Source: a virus
Virus record (IMG/VR): IMGVR_UViG_3300050343_000285
Coordinates: 130,788 to 194,787 of that record
Length of the DNA stretch: 64,000 nucleotides
Reading direction: 5' to 3' (one strand)
Position numbers and translations under genes: made by a program. Below, one piece after another: positions 1 to 10,273 of this stretch. The stretch's first letter is position 1. The number at the start of each line of letters is the position of its first letter. The notes under the pieces are model-generated. The model was not told where the DNA came from. It worked only from the letters and a program-made list of their open reading frames with translations, and made no database searches.

Positions 1-131
1 GTTGTAGTTGTTGTGGTTGTATCACAGCAACATAATCTTAGATTGTCTGGTTTGGCATGTTTAAATTTTGTTAATGCTTCATGACCGAATTTTAATATAC
101 CGCCACGAATAATATCTCGAAATAAAGACAT
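1..131 (-). CDS. Thr-rich protein, N-terminal part (runs off window start)
   Basis: Hand translation from ATG at 131: MSLFRDIIRGGILKFGHEALTKFKHAKPDNLRLCCCDTTTTTT..., open to position 1. Confidence 0.55.
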   Translation of the reverse strand, partial: MSLFRDIIRGGILKFGHEALTKFKHAKPDNLRLCCCDTTTTTT

Positions 132-142
132 AACAATTCTAT

Positions 143-841
143 TTAAAATATATTATGTGGATGGAACGTATTTTCAACATGTACATAGTATTTTTCTATA
201 TCGAAGTATTCTAAAGTACTGACAACTCTTTTAATGTTTTTTGTATAAACCTTTATATTTGAAATCTCTAACCAGGGTATTGGTGGATAAAAAATATTTA
301 ACTTATGATTATATTGTTTTATCGAAAACCGAGGACCTGCATTATTATGTTCTATATCTATAGCAAGATTCTTATTGAAGTGTATGTGTTTTTTATATAT
401 ATTGTATCCTAAATTTATTGCTTTATAGTTATATAAACCTATATTATGCTGCCCTGTATAATTAGCATAAATAATATCATATGTTTTACAATTAGCTAAC
501 ACATCTAAAATTTTAGATTTATGACTAGGTTTAATAATAGCTGTGTCGTGTATTAAAAGAGAATAATCTGTTACCTTTATCAACCCTGCATTCAAAAGTT
601 CTTTACAAGCTATAAAAAAAGAATATTCATATATTTGTTTTGGTATATTCACTCTATATAAGTTAATATCATATTTTGACAAATATATCTTATCTATATA
701 CGTATATATACAGCTAGTATCTTGACTAGATAAAAAAATATCTTCTGAGTCAATACCATGAATAATCATGCTATTTAACAAATGTTCTAAAGGTTCTTGA
801 TATAACCCTTTAACCGTAGTTATTACGTACTTAATTCCCAT
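143..841 (-). CDS. hypothetical protein, possibly GT-A-fold glycosyltransferase
   Basis: 232 aa ORF in glycan cluster; YSLLIHDT resembles a GT-A DxD-like region. Confidence 0.45.
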   Translation of the reverse strand: MGIKYVITTVKGLYQEPLEHLLNSMIIHGIDSEDIFLSSQDTSCIYTYIDKIYLSKYDINLYRVNIPKQIYEYSFFIACKELLNAGLIKVTDYSLLIHDTAIIKPSHKSKILDVLANCKTYDIIYANYTGQHNIGLYNYKAINLGYNIYKKHIHFNKNLAIDIEHNNAGPRFSIKQYNHKLNIFYPPIPWLEISNIKVYTKNIKRVVSTLEYFDIEKYYVHVENTFHPHNIF

Positions 842-917
842 GAATCCTATTTTCTAGCACCAGTGTATCCATATATACATTACACCACACATACTGATGA
901 AATAAAACTAATAATGT

Positions 918-1634
918 TTATTGTATGTGTTTTTTAGTTATTTGCCAAAAATTTTCGCTATTAATAGGTTCATATCTTATATTCTTATCTATACAAAATT
1001 TATTTAAACCTAATCTAATACCTGGCCACCCCGGATTATTGAGATCATCACCAAACATAATACCATTATTTTGTAAAATTGACCAAGCATCATTCAGGTC
1101 ATTATATGTACTCACAAGGCCATTATCACCATCTACGTATATGAGATCAGCTGAAATATCATGCATGTCTAACCAGCTGCAACCGTGATGAAATGTATTA
1201 CATAATGGGATTATGGTATCTTCTAGTTTCTCGTGTAGAACGTTTGCTAAAAAATGATAATAAATCGTGGGTTGCCCATGAATCGACATAAGACGTCTTG
1301 CTGGATCTTCATCATGTAGTCCTATGAACTCTAAAGAACCAAGCCATGTATCAATACAAATAATTTTTGTATCTAAATTATGTTTTTTAATTATATGTCC
1401 CATAGCTATAGCTGAAGCACCAAGCCAAGATCCAAGCTCTACTATTACAGATGGCTTCAGGGTTGTTATGTATTCTTCATATAAAATTGGATCAGTATTC
1501 CAACCTATAATTTTATGCTGGTATTTTTTATAGTCAAAATTTTTGTATATGTTATATCCATGTAGTAATTTCATATAATCATGCATTGTCTTTTCCTTTA
1601 TGGCAATTAAATATATAAAACCATAACCTTTCAC
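918..1634 (-). CDS. class I SAM-dependent methyltransferase (Methyltransf_24-like)
   Basis: VELGSWLGAS motif I, CIDTW, LIYVDG, GIMFGDD. Confidence 0.85.
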   Translation of the reverse strand: MKGYGFIYLIAIKEKTMHDYMKLLHGYNIYKNFDYKKYQHKIIGWNTDPILYEEYITTLKPSVIVELGSWLGASAIAMGHIIKKHNLDTKIICIDTWLGSLEFIGLHDEDPARRLMSIHGQPTIYYHFLANVLHEKLEDTIIPLCNTFHHGCSWLDMHDISADLIYVDGDNGLVSTYNDLNDAWSILQNNGIMFGDDLNNPGWPGIRLGLNKFCIDKNIRYEPINSENFWQITKKHIQ

Positions 1635-2229
1635 AAAAATGACCAGCTTCAGGGTTTATATCACCAAGTTCTTTATCTATAATATTAAGATAAAATATTT
1701 TATCCCTACTTAATATACATGTTTTTGATACACCAAAATTTGCGCCTATATATATTTTATTATCATATGGCAAAACAGTTGAACTTATATATTCTCTCAT
1801 GAAAGTAAAACAATTATATTGTGATGGTTTACACAAGCTATTGGCCCAATATGATATCTTACCGGTTAACATCTCATAATATATACTAGCAACCATATAA
1901 TTTGGAGTATGGCTATAGTTGACTGTTAAGTTATCTATCCAAGATATTATCTCTCTTATACCAACATGTGGAGTTCCTTGTAAAAAAATCACACCATCAG
2001 ATAAATTATTATAATTTTCGTAACAAAACCTTAAGTATGTTTCAGATTCTCTACCTATATTAGGTCTATAATTATGTATAATTTTTGGATTTAATTGTTT
2101 TATTTTTTTATCGTTTATCTTGTTAGGTTCACCCTTACTGTATACAAAAATTTTATTAATTTTATTGGATTTTATCTTTTTTATCCAAGTAATATCTTCA
2201 TTATAATGGGCGACGACTATATCTAGCAT
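1579..2229 (-). CDS. DUF3431-like protein
   Basis: DIVVAHYNED, NIGRESETYL, IFLQG, GANFGVSK, ERLW; probable start MLDIVV at 2229. Confidence 0.7.
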   Translation of the reverse strand: MLDIVVAHYNEDITWIKKIKSNKINKIFVYSKGEPNKINDKKIKQLNPKIIHNYRPNIGRESETYLRFCYENYNNLSDGVIFLQGTPHVGIREIISWIDNLTVNYSHTPNYMVASIYYEMLTGKISYWANSLCKPSQYNCFTFMREYISSTVLPYDNKIYIGANFGVSKTCILSRDKIFYLNIIDKELGDINPEAGHFCERLWFYIFNCHKGKDNA

Positions 2230-2230
2230 T

Positions 2231-2899
2231 TTATTTTTGATAAATGTCGTTAAAAAAACCTTTAAGGCCAATTGGATTAATAACGTTTATTTTTATTTCA
2301 GGAGATTCTTCATATACGAACTCTTTAAATTTTGACCAACTATTTAATAAGTATGATAGATTACTTTTCCTATTATTTGGAACAAAATGCTTAGATCCGC
2401 TAATATCACATCCGACAATATTAATTTCTTTAAACCCACAGAACAAAGCAAACTGCATGCATATGAATATAGTAGACCCTCCACCATCTCCAAACCAAAA
2501 TTTTTGAATATTTTTCCTAAAACAGCCTTGTTTCTTAAGTATAGAAAAAGGACCTTGACAATCATACCATAAAGCATTAGAGTCTATAGCTATTTGTTGT
2601 GAGCAGCCAAAACTTGGATCTTTTAAAAAAGTGCCCATAAATTTTTGCATTTTAGGCTTATAGGTAATAATTTTATTTTTAAGTTCTTTACTAGCCCACT
2701 TACAATCATTGAAAAAAAAGTAGTCGAAAATAAATTTTTCTAAAAATACACCACTATTACACCCTATATGAACAGCCTCATCTATCGGCTTATAGTCTAG
2801 TAATGTTTTTCCAGTGCCACAAACTACTGCAATATCATTTTTATGTTTATTTTCATATCCATAAAATGCATTCCAGTTTAATTTAGAGTATTCATGCAT
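2231..2899 (-). CDS. DUF115/MptE-like (Maf/sialyltransferase-like fold) protein
   Basis: AVVCGTGKTL, HIGCN, GGSTIF..MQFALFCGFKEINIVGCD. Confidence 0.65.
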   Translation of the reverse strand: MHEYSKLNWNAFYGYENKHKNDIAVVCGTGKTLLDYKPIDEAVHIGCNSGVFLEKFIFDYFFFNDCKWASKELKNKIITYKPKMQKFMGTFLKDPSFGCSQQIAIDSNALWYDCQGPFSILKKQGCFRKNIQKFWFGDGGGSTIFICMQFALFCGFKEINIVGCDISGSKHFVPNNRKSNLSYLLNSWSKFKEFVYEESPEIKINVINPIGLKGFFNDIYQK

Positions 2900-3083
2900 A
2901 TTAGCTATAATATTTTTTCCAGTATTCCCAGTCGTTTTCTTCTTCTTCTAACTTATGTTTTTTAAATTCAACAACTTCTTTGTGTTTAAATTTTTCATCA
3001 GCATATTTTTTAGGTTTTATCTTTTTATTTTTACTACGAACAGATTTGTTTTCTTCTGATTCTATACTCATTTTAGAGGGCCT

Positions 3084-3938
3084 TTAATTGAAAAGTTTTC
3101 TCCATTTAATTTGAGATTTATTTATTTTTATAGAGTTTTTTGGATATAATTTTATTGATTGGTGATCAATGCTTGATGTTTTTAACCACGGATATGGAAG
3201 ATAAATCATTTTATCATTTTTTTCGTTAGATAAAATTTTAGACCACCATGAGAAACTACTATTAGAAATAATACCATGTCTACATAAGTACATAATATAG
3301 AATTCTTGATATACGTCAAGTTCTTCTACGAAAAAACATTTCTCTAGAAAAATATTATTTTTAATTGATTGAAACTCCTGCTTAATCTTTTGTATATTAT
3401 CGCTAATAATAAAAAGATATTTAGGTTTAATTTTTTCTATAATATATTCAAAATAATTTATATCTAGAATGTCATAAAAGTTTTGCAAATTTTCATAATC
3501 ACCTCTTCTAGCATGAATGCAAGCAGTATCTTCTAAATTATTAGTTTTTATTTTATCTTTTATGTATTTAAAAGATTTATTAAGTATTATTTTATTTGGT
3601 CTTAATTCTTGTCTTATTTCTGGTAGTAATTTTTCATAGTAAGATAAGTTTTGAAAAAATCCTATAAGATTTATATCCTTTTGGTCTAAAATATTTGCAT
3701 CAAAATTGAAAGCGTCTTTTTCTACATATTGATTACTGTCAAAAGTATCAGTTTTTTTATAACTCATTGAATTAGAATCGAAGAAATTTAAGAAATGACT
3801 ATCAGGATTTACAAAAAATGAACTATCATGTAAAATAGAAAGAACTTTACATAGAGAATATTGAAAAATTTGATTACCAAACCTACCATAATTTCTATGA
3901 CCTAAAGATGAACAACTAATCATTGAAAAATAAAACAT
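3084..3938 (-). CDS. GT11 alpha-1,2-fucosyltransferase-like
   Basis: GRFGNQIFQY, GFFQ, IHARRGDY, ISNSSFSWW. Confidence 0.9.
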   Translation of the reverse strand: MFYFSMISCSSLGHRNYGRFGNQIFQYSLCKVLSILHDSSFFVNPDSHFLNFFDSNSMSYKKTDTFDSNQYVEKDAFNFDANILDQKDINLIGFFQNLSYYEKLLPEIRQELRPNKIILNKSFKYIKDKIKTNNLEDTACIHARRGDYENLQNFYDILDINYFEYIIEKIKPKYLFIISDNIQKIKQEFQSIKNNIFLEKCFFVEELDVYQEFYIMYLCRHGIISNSSFSWWSKILSNEKNDKMIYLPYPWLKTSSIDHQSIKLYPKNSIKINKSQIKWRKLFN

Positions 3939-4773
3939 GTCCTTCAGGTACGGCTGAAATAATTAAGTTTTTATCTTTATCGAAGATATATAAATTTTTA
4001 AACAATCCAGGCATAGGATCTTGATTTAATCTCTGAGTAGAAACTTCTATATTTAATCCTGCATTTTTTATATGTTCTGTAACATCCTCATAGCAGCCAT
4101 AATAAGCACTAATAATTTCTATATTATTAATGTCTTTCATACGTTTTATTATATTGTTATTATTTTCCCTAACTCTATCTAAAAGGGTCATTTTATTCTG
4201 TAATCCAACTGTATAATTAGCATGAAACATAATTAGCTCGTGACTAACTGTAAAATCTTGACCAGACCAATGTCTGTGTTGGAAAGAAATGTTTAAAAAT
4301 CTATCAGATAGAAATTTTGCATTTAATATTTTTATGTTCTTATTAATAGCTTCTTGATCACAGGCGTATAAGTCGTATTTTTCTTTAAGTAATTTAAAAA
4401 ATGATTTAGTATTTTTATTAATTCTACATATAAAGAATCCGGCACAATATTCACGACCAACGCCTTCTTGAAAAGCAATATCATAATCACCAAGCTCTTT
4501 TATGCATTCCTTAATAAATGGGCTATAAAACTCAATATCTACATCTGACCATATAAAAAATTCATCATCTGTATTTATTGCTTTATCATATATTTCTATC
4601 TTCTGACGCATGGATTCTTTCCACCCGTCTGAATAATATTCCCCTGTACTGCAAACCTGTCTTTGTTTTTCTGATATTATTTCTGCTTCTGGTTCCAATT
4701 TCCTAATACTCTTCTCAAAATACTCATCATGTAAAAATTGATGAGACTTTGATACCATTGTGTATATTTTCAT
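3916..4773 (-). CDS. nucleotide-diphospho-sugar transferase (GT77-like)
   Basis: WSDVDI, CAGFF, DQEAIN, FHANY.VGLQNK. Confidence 0.75.
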   Translation of the reverse strand: MKIYTMVSKSHQFLHDEYFEKSIRKLEPEAEIISEKQRQVCSTGEYYSDGWKESMRQKIEIYDKAINTDDEFFIWSDVDIEFYSPFIKECIKELGDYDIAFQEGVGREYCAGFFICRINKNTKSFFKLLKEKYDLYACDQEAINKNIKILNAKFLSDRFLNISFQHRHWSGQDFTVSHELIMFHANYTVGLQNKMTLLDRVRENNNNIIKRMKDINNIEIISAYYGCYEDVTEHIKNAGLNIEVSTQRLNQDPMPGLFKNLYIFDKDKNLIISAVPEGHVLFFND

Positions 4774-4799
4774 CTTGACTGTCCTATGTCCTATAACTA

Positions 4800-4809
4800 T
4801 ATTTATACA
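4800..4809 (-). promoter_or_regulatory. TGTATAAATA late-type promoter element
   Basis: Contains the T4 late consensus TATAAATA on the minus strand, intergenic, about 27 nt upstream of the 4773 start. Confidence 0.45.
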
Positions 4810-4834
4810 GATGGGTGGGTATAATACCTATATA

Positions 4835-5158
4835 CTACTCATCTGATACACTAACAGTATCAACATCCAACTCAACTCTAATTGTATAAATTTTAGTTAA
4901 AACTTCTGATCCTCCGGTTGTTTGAACCGATGTGCTTGTTGATATTGTCGTTTTTTCTGGTCTATCAGCAGATGCTGTGCTTGCCCACTGATCACTAAAG
5001 GCTTCACAAAAGTTATACACTAGATCCCTTATATCTCCTGTGTCTGGCTCGGTAGCAGCTTCTGTAATACTATTTAAAGCAGTAAAAGGTATTGTAACAT
5101 CAGATGCTGAATTTGTCAAACCTGGAAACCAACCAGAAGGTGCTGGAGCGAATGCCAT
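4835..5158 (-). CDS. hypothetical protein, possibly virion-associated
   Basis: 107 aa, acidic and Ser/Thr/Ala-rich; AGGAG Shine-Dalgarno; follows a GTGTATTATA motif. Confidence 0.5.
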   Translation of the reverse strand: MAFAPAPSGWFPGLTNSASDVTIPFTALNSITEAATEPDTGDIRDLVYNFCEAFSDQWASTASADRPEKTTISTSTSVQTTGGSEVLTKIYTIRVELDVDTVSVSDE

Positions 5159-5199
5159 TTTAATTCTCCTATTTTGAATAAAACTTGAACTTTATATAC

Positions 5200-5210
5200 T
5201 ATAATACACT
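5200..5210 (-). promoter_or_regulatory. GTGTATWATA motif (putative late/phage-sigma promoter)
   Basis: AGTGTATTATA, intergenic; same motif recurs upstream of other genes. Confidence 0.55.
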
Positions 5211-5215
5211 TAAAG

Positions 5216-6121
5216 TTAAATAATTGGATTTATTATTCCATACCCTTGATATTTCTTAGTTTTAAATTTTTCATTTTTTATATCAATAGCGTGTTTTTTT
5301 AGAATATCATATAATGCTTTTTTATCTAACTTTTGATTGTATTTTTGCTTATAATAAGACATATAAAGAGCAGCTACACCAGCAGCGAAAGGATTACTCA
5401 TGCTAGTACCACTCATTAAAGCATATTTACCACCTGGTATTATACTCATTATATTATGACCTGGAGCTAAAAAGTCAAGACTAGGACCACTGCATGTAAA
5501 ATTAGTTCTATTTAGATTTTCATCTATAGCGCCTATACTAATTGTTTCTGGATATTTGGCAGGAAACATAATGTCTACACTGGGTCCAGAATTTCCTGCT
5601 GCACAGAATATTATACAACCTTTATCAGAAGCTTTCTTAACAGCTCTTTTTACTAAAGGAGAAGAACCTCTTGAACCAAGTGACATAGTGATTATATCAA
5701 CATTTTTTTTAGCAGCATAATTTACAGCCTTAGCAACATTAGTTAAATTTCCACTACCATTTTTATCTAAAGCTTTTAGCGCCAATATCTTTGCGTCGGG
5801 TGCTACACCAACCATTCCTTTATTATTGTCGCAAGCTGCTATAGTACCAGCTACGTGAGATCCATGACTATTGTCGTCCATTGCGTCTTCTGTGTCGTTT
5901 ATAAAATTATATTGACCATCTATATTACTTTTTATATCTGGGTGGTTAACATCGCAACCTGTGTCTATAACAGCCACTCTGATACCACGACCAGTACTCT
6001 TAATCCATTGCTTATCTACATTGAATTTTGTAATCTCCCATCCTTTCATTTGAGGATCATAAGGAGAAAGACCAAAAAAATCTTCAGTTTTGAAAGGTAA
6101 TAAAGAAACATTATCTCGCAT
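5216..6121 (-). CDS. subtilisin-family S8 peptidase
   Basis: Catalytic triad VIDTG, HGSHVAG, GTSM; AAGNSG oxyanion motif. Confidence 0.95.
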   Translation of the reverse strand: MRDNVSLLPFKTEDFFGLSPYDPQMKGWEITKFNVDKQWIKSTGRGIRVAVIDTGCDVNHPDIKSNIDGQYNFINDTEDAMDDNSHGSHVAGTIAACDNNKGMVGVAPDAKILALKALDKNGSGNLTNVAKAVNYAAKKNVDIITMSLGSRGSSPLVKRAVKKASDKGCIIFCAAGNSGPSVDIMFPAKYPETISIGAIDENLNRTNFTCSGPSLDFLAPGHNIMSIIPGGKYALMSGTSMSNPFAAGVAALYMSYYKQKYNQKLDKKALYDILKKHAIDIKNEKFKTKKYQGYGIINPII

Positions 6122-6899
6122 TATCTTGCTCCATTATAGTTTGTATTATTTTTTTAGTTTCATCTATCCATTCTATGTAATCGCTTACTCTTGTACTACA
6201 CCCAACATCACCATAATCAGAGTCACTTTTTCCATCTGTTGCGTAAATATATGAGTGAATACCTGCTAACTTTTTATCTATAAATAATCCACCACCACTA
6301 TCTCCCGGACATATTAGAAATTCTAATTCTGTTTTCTCTCCTGATGTGTGAACTGAATATTTTAGTACATTTTTATCTACACCATCAATGATATTAGAAC
6401 CAGCTCTCCTAGTATTGTCGTACTTACTTATCCATCCACTATTAAAATCTCCATGATGCCCCCAGCCAGATAGACCACAGACTTTATCTACCTCGTCTGT
6501 ATCAGTATATAGTTCTGGATAAAAGTCTAATTTAATTGGTTTTAGCTAATCTTGCTACAGCTATATCATTATATCCTATATTTTTAGCTTCGTATTTTGC
6601 GTGAATACGGCTACTAAGATAACAAGGATATGCTTTATTTTTATATAAAACATGTTGCGTTATAGTATCTGCAACAATATGCGCAGCGGTTAATATATGA
6701 TATTCATCTATTACTACACAAGACGCTCTAAATTGACTATTTAATTTATCGCCCATACACTCCAACGATAGGCAAAACACACTCGTATTTCTTGCCATAT
6801 TCAACATATTTAGCGTCAGAAACACTGAAGGGTCAATAGTTCCGCAATAAGCCTGAACAGGAAGTGAAGCAATAGATAGTGCAAAGCAAGGTATTTCAT
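6111..6899 (-). CDS. trypsin-like S1 peptidase with signal peptide (frameshifted in this consensus)
   Basis: Rebuilt: MKYLALLS... signal-like start at 6899, LTAAH (His), NDIAV (Asp), PGDSGGG (Ser, near 6300), ends ...MEQDNAR* at 6111. Confidence 0.85.
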
Positions 6900-6942
6900 A
6901 AATACCCCTTTCATTATTTGAAGGGTTTATTTTTTACCTTAT

Positions 6943-6953
6943 TATAATACACC
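6943..6953 (-). promoter_or_regulatory. GTGTATWATA motif
   Basis: GGTGTATTATA, intergenic, upstream of the trypsin-like gene. Confidence 0.55.
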
Positions 6954-6963
6954 TTAGAATCTT

Positions 6964-7224
6964 CTATAACATTTTATTCCAACTTTTATAATTCATTAAA
7001 TGGCCGAAAAGAAAATGACAGTATTTATCGCATAAAGTAATAAGATTATCTGGGTCTAACTCTTTAGATGGATCTAAATGAACCGGCACAATATGATGTA
7101 CTTCCGGCCTTTTACATGACCCACAAGCCTGACAACAAGGTTGTTTTTCTATATGTTTCTTGCGTAATGCTGACCATCCGGGAGATCGAACAGCATAGCG
7201 AATTTTTTTATTAAAAGGCCACAT
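6964..7224 (-). CDS. HNH endonuclease
   Basis: CQAC...EVHHIVP...DNLITLC..CH. Confidence 0.9.
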   Translation of the reverse strand: MWPFNKKIRYAVRSPGWSALRKKHIEKQPCCQACGSCKRPEVHHIVPVHLDPSKELDPDNLITLCDKYCHFLFGHLMNYKSWNKML

Positions 7225-8231
7225 TAGTCTAATATAGAAGCCGCTATCAAGGCATCCTTTAGATACTGAGTGCAGAGGGTCGTCTGCGTGCTTGACTTCT
7301 TCAATAGGTCCAGAGGAAACTCTGCTTCGAGTAATTTTTCATTCAGTTTTACTACATGTAACCGTCTGCTCTTGATGTACCACCAGCAACTACGATTCTA
7401 ATTGGATGCTTTAAATTTAGGAAGGGCTTTATGCCCTGTAAAGCAGCCGATAGTTGTTTAGCTGTATATTCTATTAATCTTTCATAGTAAGAAGCTACTG
7501 CTCCAAGTACTGATTATCATTAGGCTCTCCAACCTTAAAACCACCTGCCTCCTTCTCTACTTGAACAACACTGTCAGGTTCTCCTGTTGCTACAGCACTC
7601 ATACGATCTACCCAATCCCCAGATTTTGTTGTGCTAAACACTACAGTAGGCTCACCATTAAGCATAACACATACATTTGTCATACCAGCTCCGCAACTGA
7701 TCCCGATACCAGTATAGTCACTAGATTCTAATTCTGCATAACATAATGCTTCCGCTTCGTTAATAGCTCTAGCATCATAACCAGTTTCTGCAAGTATAGT
7801 TGTAACTACATCTTCATGATATCCAACATCAAAATCATCATCTTCTTGATCAACTGGTTGAGCAGGAACGCAGAATACTAATTTTTCACCGGGTTCAGAT
7901 GCTTGTCCGACTACTTCTTTTAGTATATAAGCCAGAACTCTTTTGGCTTCTTTTTCTTTGACTGATACAACCCCTCGATACATAGGTCTTCTGGCAGCTT
8001 CGTTTCTTTCGACTGCTTTTTCTATTGCGTCTTTACCGAGAAAAATAAATGAGCCATCAGTATCTTTGACGAATACTTTACCAGCCAGACCCTTTTCTAT
8101 CATTTTTGTGGCGATTGGAGTCGTTGGTTTGATTACATAAAAAGCATCTCTAAAATCTTTAAATTTATATTATCTCCTTCATAAGAAGATAAAACTATAA
8201 AACTTGTACCTACATCTAAGCCTTTACTCAT
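7224..8231 (-). CDS. actin-like ATPase (MreB/MamK/ParM superfamily), frameshifted
   Basis: Rebuilt: MSKGLDVGTSFIV (phosphate-1), INEAEAL (connect-1), GISCGAGMTN (phosphate-2), VVAGGTS (adenosine), DDPLHSVSKGCLIAA (connect-2). Confidence 0.85.
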
Positions 8232-8232
8232 A

Positions 8233-8535
8233 TCATTTACCCTTCATATTTTTCAGTTTATTGATGGCTGTCTGAGTATTATCTTTTTTACTGGTTGTAT
8301 TACCCAGCTCTTTATTACTCTTGCTCATACTATCTGTAGATACACCTAAAACTATCTTTTTATCGTTTATATCTATTTTTACAGACTTTGGGTCTTCTTT
8401 ATTATTTTTATCAAAAAAACTTTTAGGTTTCTGAGAATTATCTATATTATTCTTATTTAAGATATATTTTTCAAATAATATACCAAATGTAAACATAAGA
8501 AACAATAGTATAAATACCATCATTTGTTCTAACAT
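8233..8535 (-). CDS. membrane-anchored hypothetical protein
   Basis: N-terminal hydrophobic helix followed by Lys-rich tail. Confidence 0.6.
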   Translation of the reverse strand: MLEQMMVFILLFLMFTFGILFEKYILNKNNIDNSQKPKSFFDKNNKEDPKSVKIDINDKKIVLGVSTDSMSKSNKELGNTTSKKDNTQTAINKLKNMKGK

Positions 8536-8565
8536 ATTATATCTCCTATAAATATTTTATAATTA

Positions 8566-8576
8566 TATAATACACT
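8566..8576 (-). promoter_or_regulatory. GTGTATWATA motif
   Basis: AGTGTATTATA overlapping the neuA stop codon, upstream of the 8535 start. Confidence 0.5.
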
Positions 8577-9210
8577 ATTTCAATAACTTGCTAATTAATT
8601 CTAAATCATCATAAGTATCTACCTGAAAACTCCTACGTATTGGCATCTCAACTATGCCAGTATTCCCATGATACCTAAGATTATTTTTTAGCAAGCTATC
8701 TTTAGTTGTTATATATAAAGCCCCATTCTCTACCCAATTTTCTTTACATTGTTGTCTCATTGGTCTAGCATGAGGATTCCAGCCATCTGGTTTACCTTCT
8801 ATTGTCCATCGAGGAATCCAATGTTCTTTATACGCACTGAATACGGAGTCATATTGACCCATCATCTCTATACCCTTATTTATATCTTCTGGTAGTAATA
8901 GGGGAGATGTTGGCTGAATAAAAACTAATATATCAAATGCAAAAATTCTACAAAAATGTATCAATGCATCTTCACTTTTGCTTGTATCACCTGATATACT
9001 ATCTGGCCTAATAACTACTTTGGCTCCAGCATTTCTTGCGCATGACATAATATCTTCATCATTGGTACTAATAAATACATCGTTAGCTTTAGATTTCTGA
9101 GCAGCTTCTATCGTGTATTGTATTAGAGGTTTACCATTGATATCAATAATATTTTTTTTTGGTATACCCTTGCTTCCACCTCTGGCGAGTATGACTGTTT
9201 TTATTTTCAT
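8575..9210 (-). CDS. neuA: acylneuraminate (CMP-nonulosonate) cytidylyltransferase
   Basis: ILARGGSKGIPKKN, QPTSP, ENGALY, VDTYDD. Confidence 0.92.
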   Translation of the reverse strand: MKIKTVILARGGSKGIPKKNIIDINGKPLIQYTIEAAQKSKANDVFISTNDEDIMSCARNAGAKVVIRPDSISGDTSKSEDALIHFCRIFAFDILVFIQPTSPLLLPEDINKGIEMMGQYDSVFSAYKEHWIPRWTIEGKPDGWNPHARPMRQQCKENWVENGALYITTKDSLLKNNLRYHGNTGIVEMPIRRSFQVDTYDDLELISKLLK

Positions 9211-9833
9211 TATTCTGATTTATAAGTGATGTCTTTATTTAATGTAGATATATATTTTTGCATTCGTGGTCTATTCCACCAAAGATCATTATTTTTATTA
9301 ATATCTTTAAGTAAAAAATGTAAGTCTTTATTAGTAAAATATTTATTAAAATTATTTAATAATGATATCTCAGGCACTTTAGAAAAATTAATATCATCAA
9401 TTTCCCATAATTTAATCATCATATCTATTGGTCCACATTGCATGTAATCAATCATATAGCAATCAAAATTATCTATTTTTTTATAACAATGCCTTCCTAT
9501 AAAATTCAATTTATCAAAATTTATTATATCAATAAGCTTATCTGGATTAGTCGCATAAAGATCGCTCCTTAACTTAATGCATTTGTTAAACCCTAAGTTT
9601 TTTGCGATATATAGTCCGTTTAAAGTGCTAATTTTTTGTAAATTTATATTATGATGACCAAAAACACGAGGGATTTTACTAAAAATAACAGTATCTTCTT
9701 TAGTATATTTATCTCTTTTTATATCATTTATCCAAGTGGAAAAAATTAAATTATGATTTTTCCAACAATCTCTATGTCTTTTAATATTATCACTAGGACC
9801 TTGTACAATAATACATATATCTTCGTTATTCAT
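9210..9833 (-). CDS. WavE-like glycan synthesis protein
   Basis: IIVQGP, IFSTW, NINLQ..ST..GL, IKLRSD. Confidence 0.5.
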   Translation of the reverse strand: MNNEDICIIVQGPSDNIKRHRDCWKNHNLIFSTWINDIKRDKYTKEDTVIFSKIPRVFGHHNINLQKISTLNGLYIAKNLGFNKCIKLRSDLYATNPDKLIDIINFDKLNFIGRHCYKKIDNFDCYMIDYMQCGPIDMMIKLWEIDDINFSKVPEISLLNNFNKYFTNKDLHFLLKDINKNNDLWWNRPRMQKYISTLNKDITYKSE

Positions 9834-10273
9834 ATAAAAAAACCTAAATAATCAGAACATATTCCGTAAACTTTTTTATTTTCTATAACTCGCTTAGTTT
9901 CTTTCTTGCTCTCACAAACTATAACACTATTACTAGTTATGTTTTTTCCTGGGTACGTCCAAATAAATTTTTTTGAAGTTAAAGTGAAATCATCTGTCTG
10001 ATGCCAGAAATAATTTAAATTTTCATATTGTTGCATAAATCTTATGGCCTCTAAATTTTTACAATGTAGCCATAATGACTCTTTATGATTAATTAAAAAC
10101 ATATCGCTAATTTCATATAACGGTTTATCATGGCCTAAGTATAATATATTATTTATTAATCTTAAATCTATTTCTACGTCGTAGCCTTGCTTTATACAAA
10201 AAGCAACTTGATCAGGGTGATTTTCTTTTTTTGACATACCATGAGTATTTCCTCTGTGACTTATATATTTCAT
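9830..10273 (-). CDS. glycerophosphodiester phosphodiesterase-like (PLC-like) protein
   Basis: ISHRGN, EN, DVEIDL, LGHD, WLHCKN. Confidence 0.8.
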   Translation of the reverse strand: MKYISHRGNTHGMSKKENHPDQVAFCIKQGYDVEIDLRLINNILYLGHDKPLYEISDMFLINHKESLWLHCKNLEAIRFMQQYENLNYFWHQTDDFTLTSKKFIWTYPGKNITSNSVIVCESKKETKRVIENKKVYGICSDYLGFFI

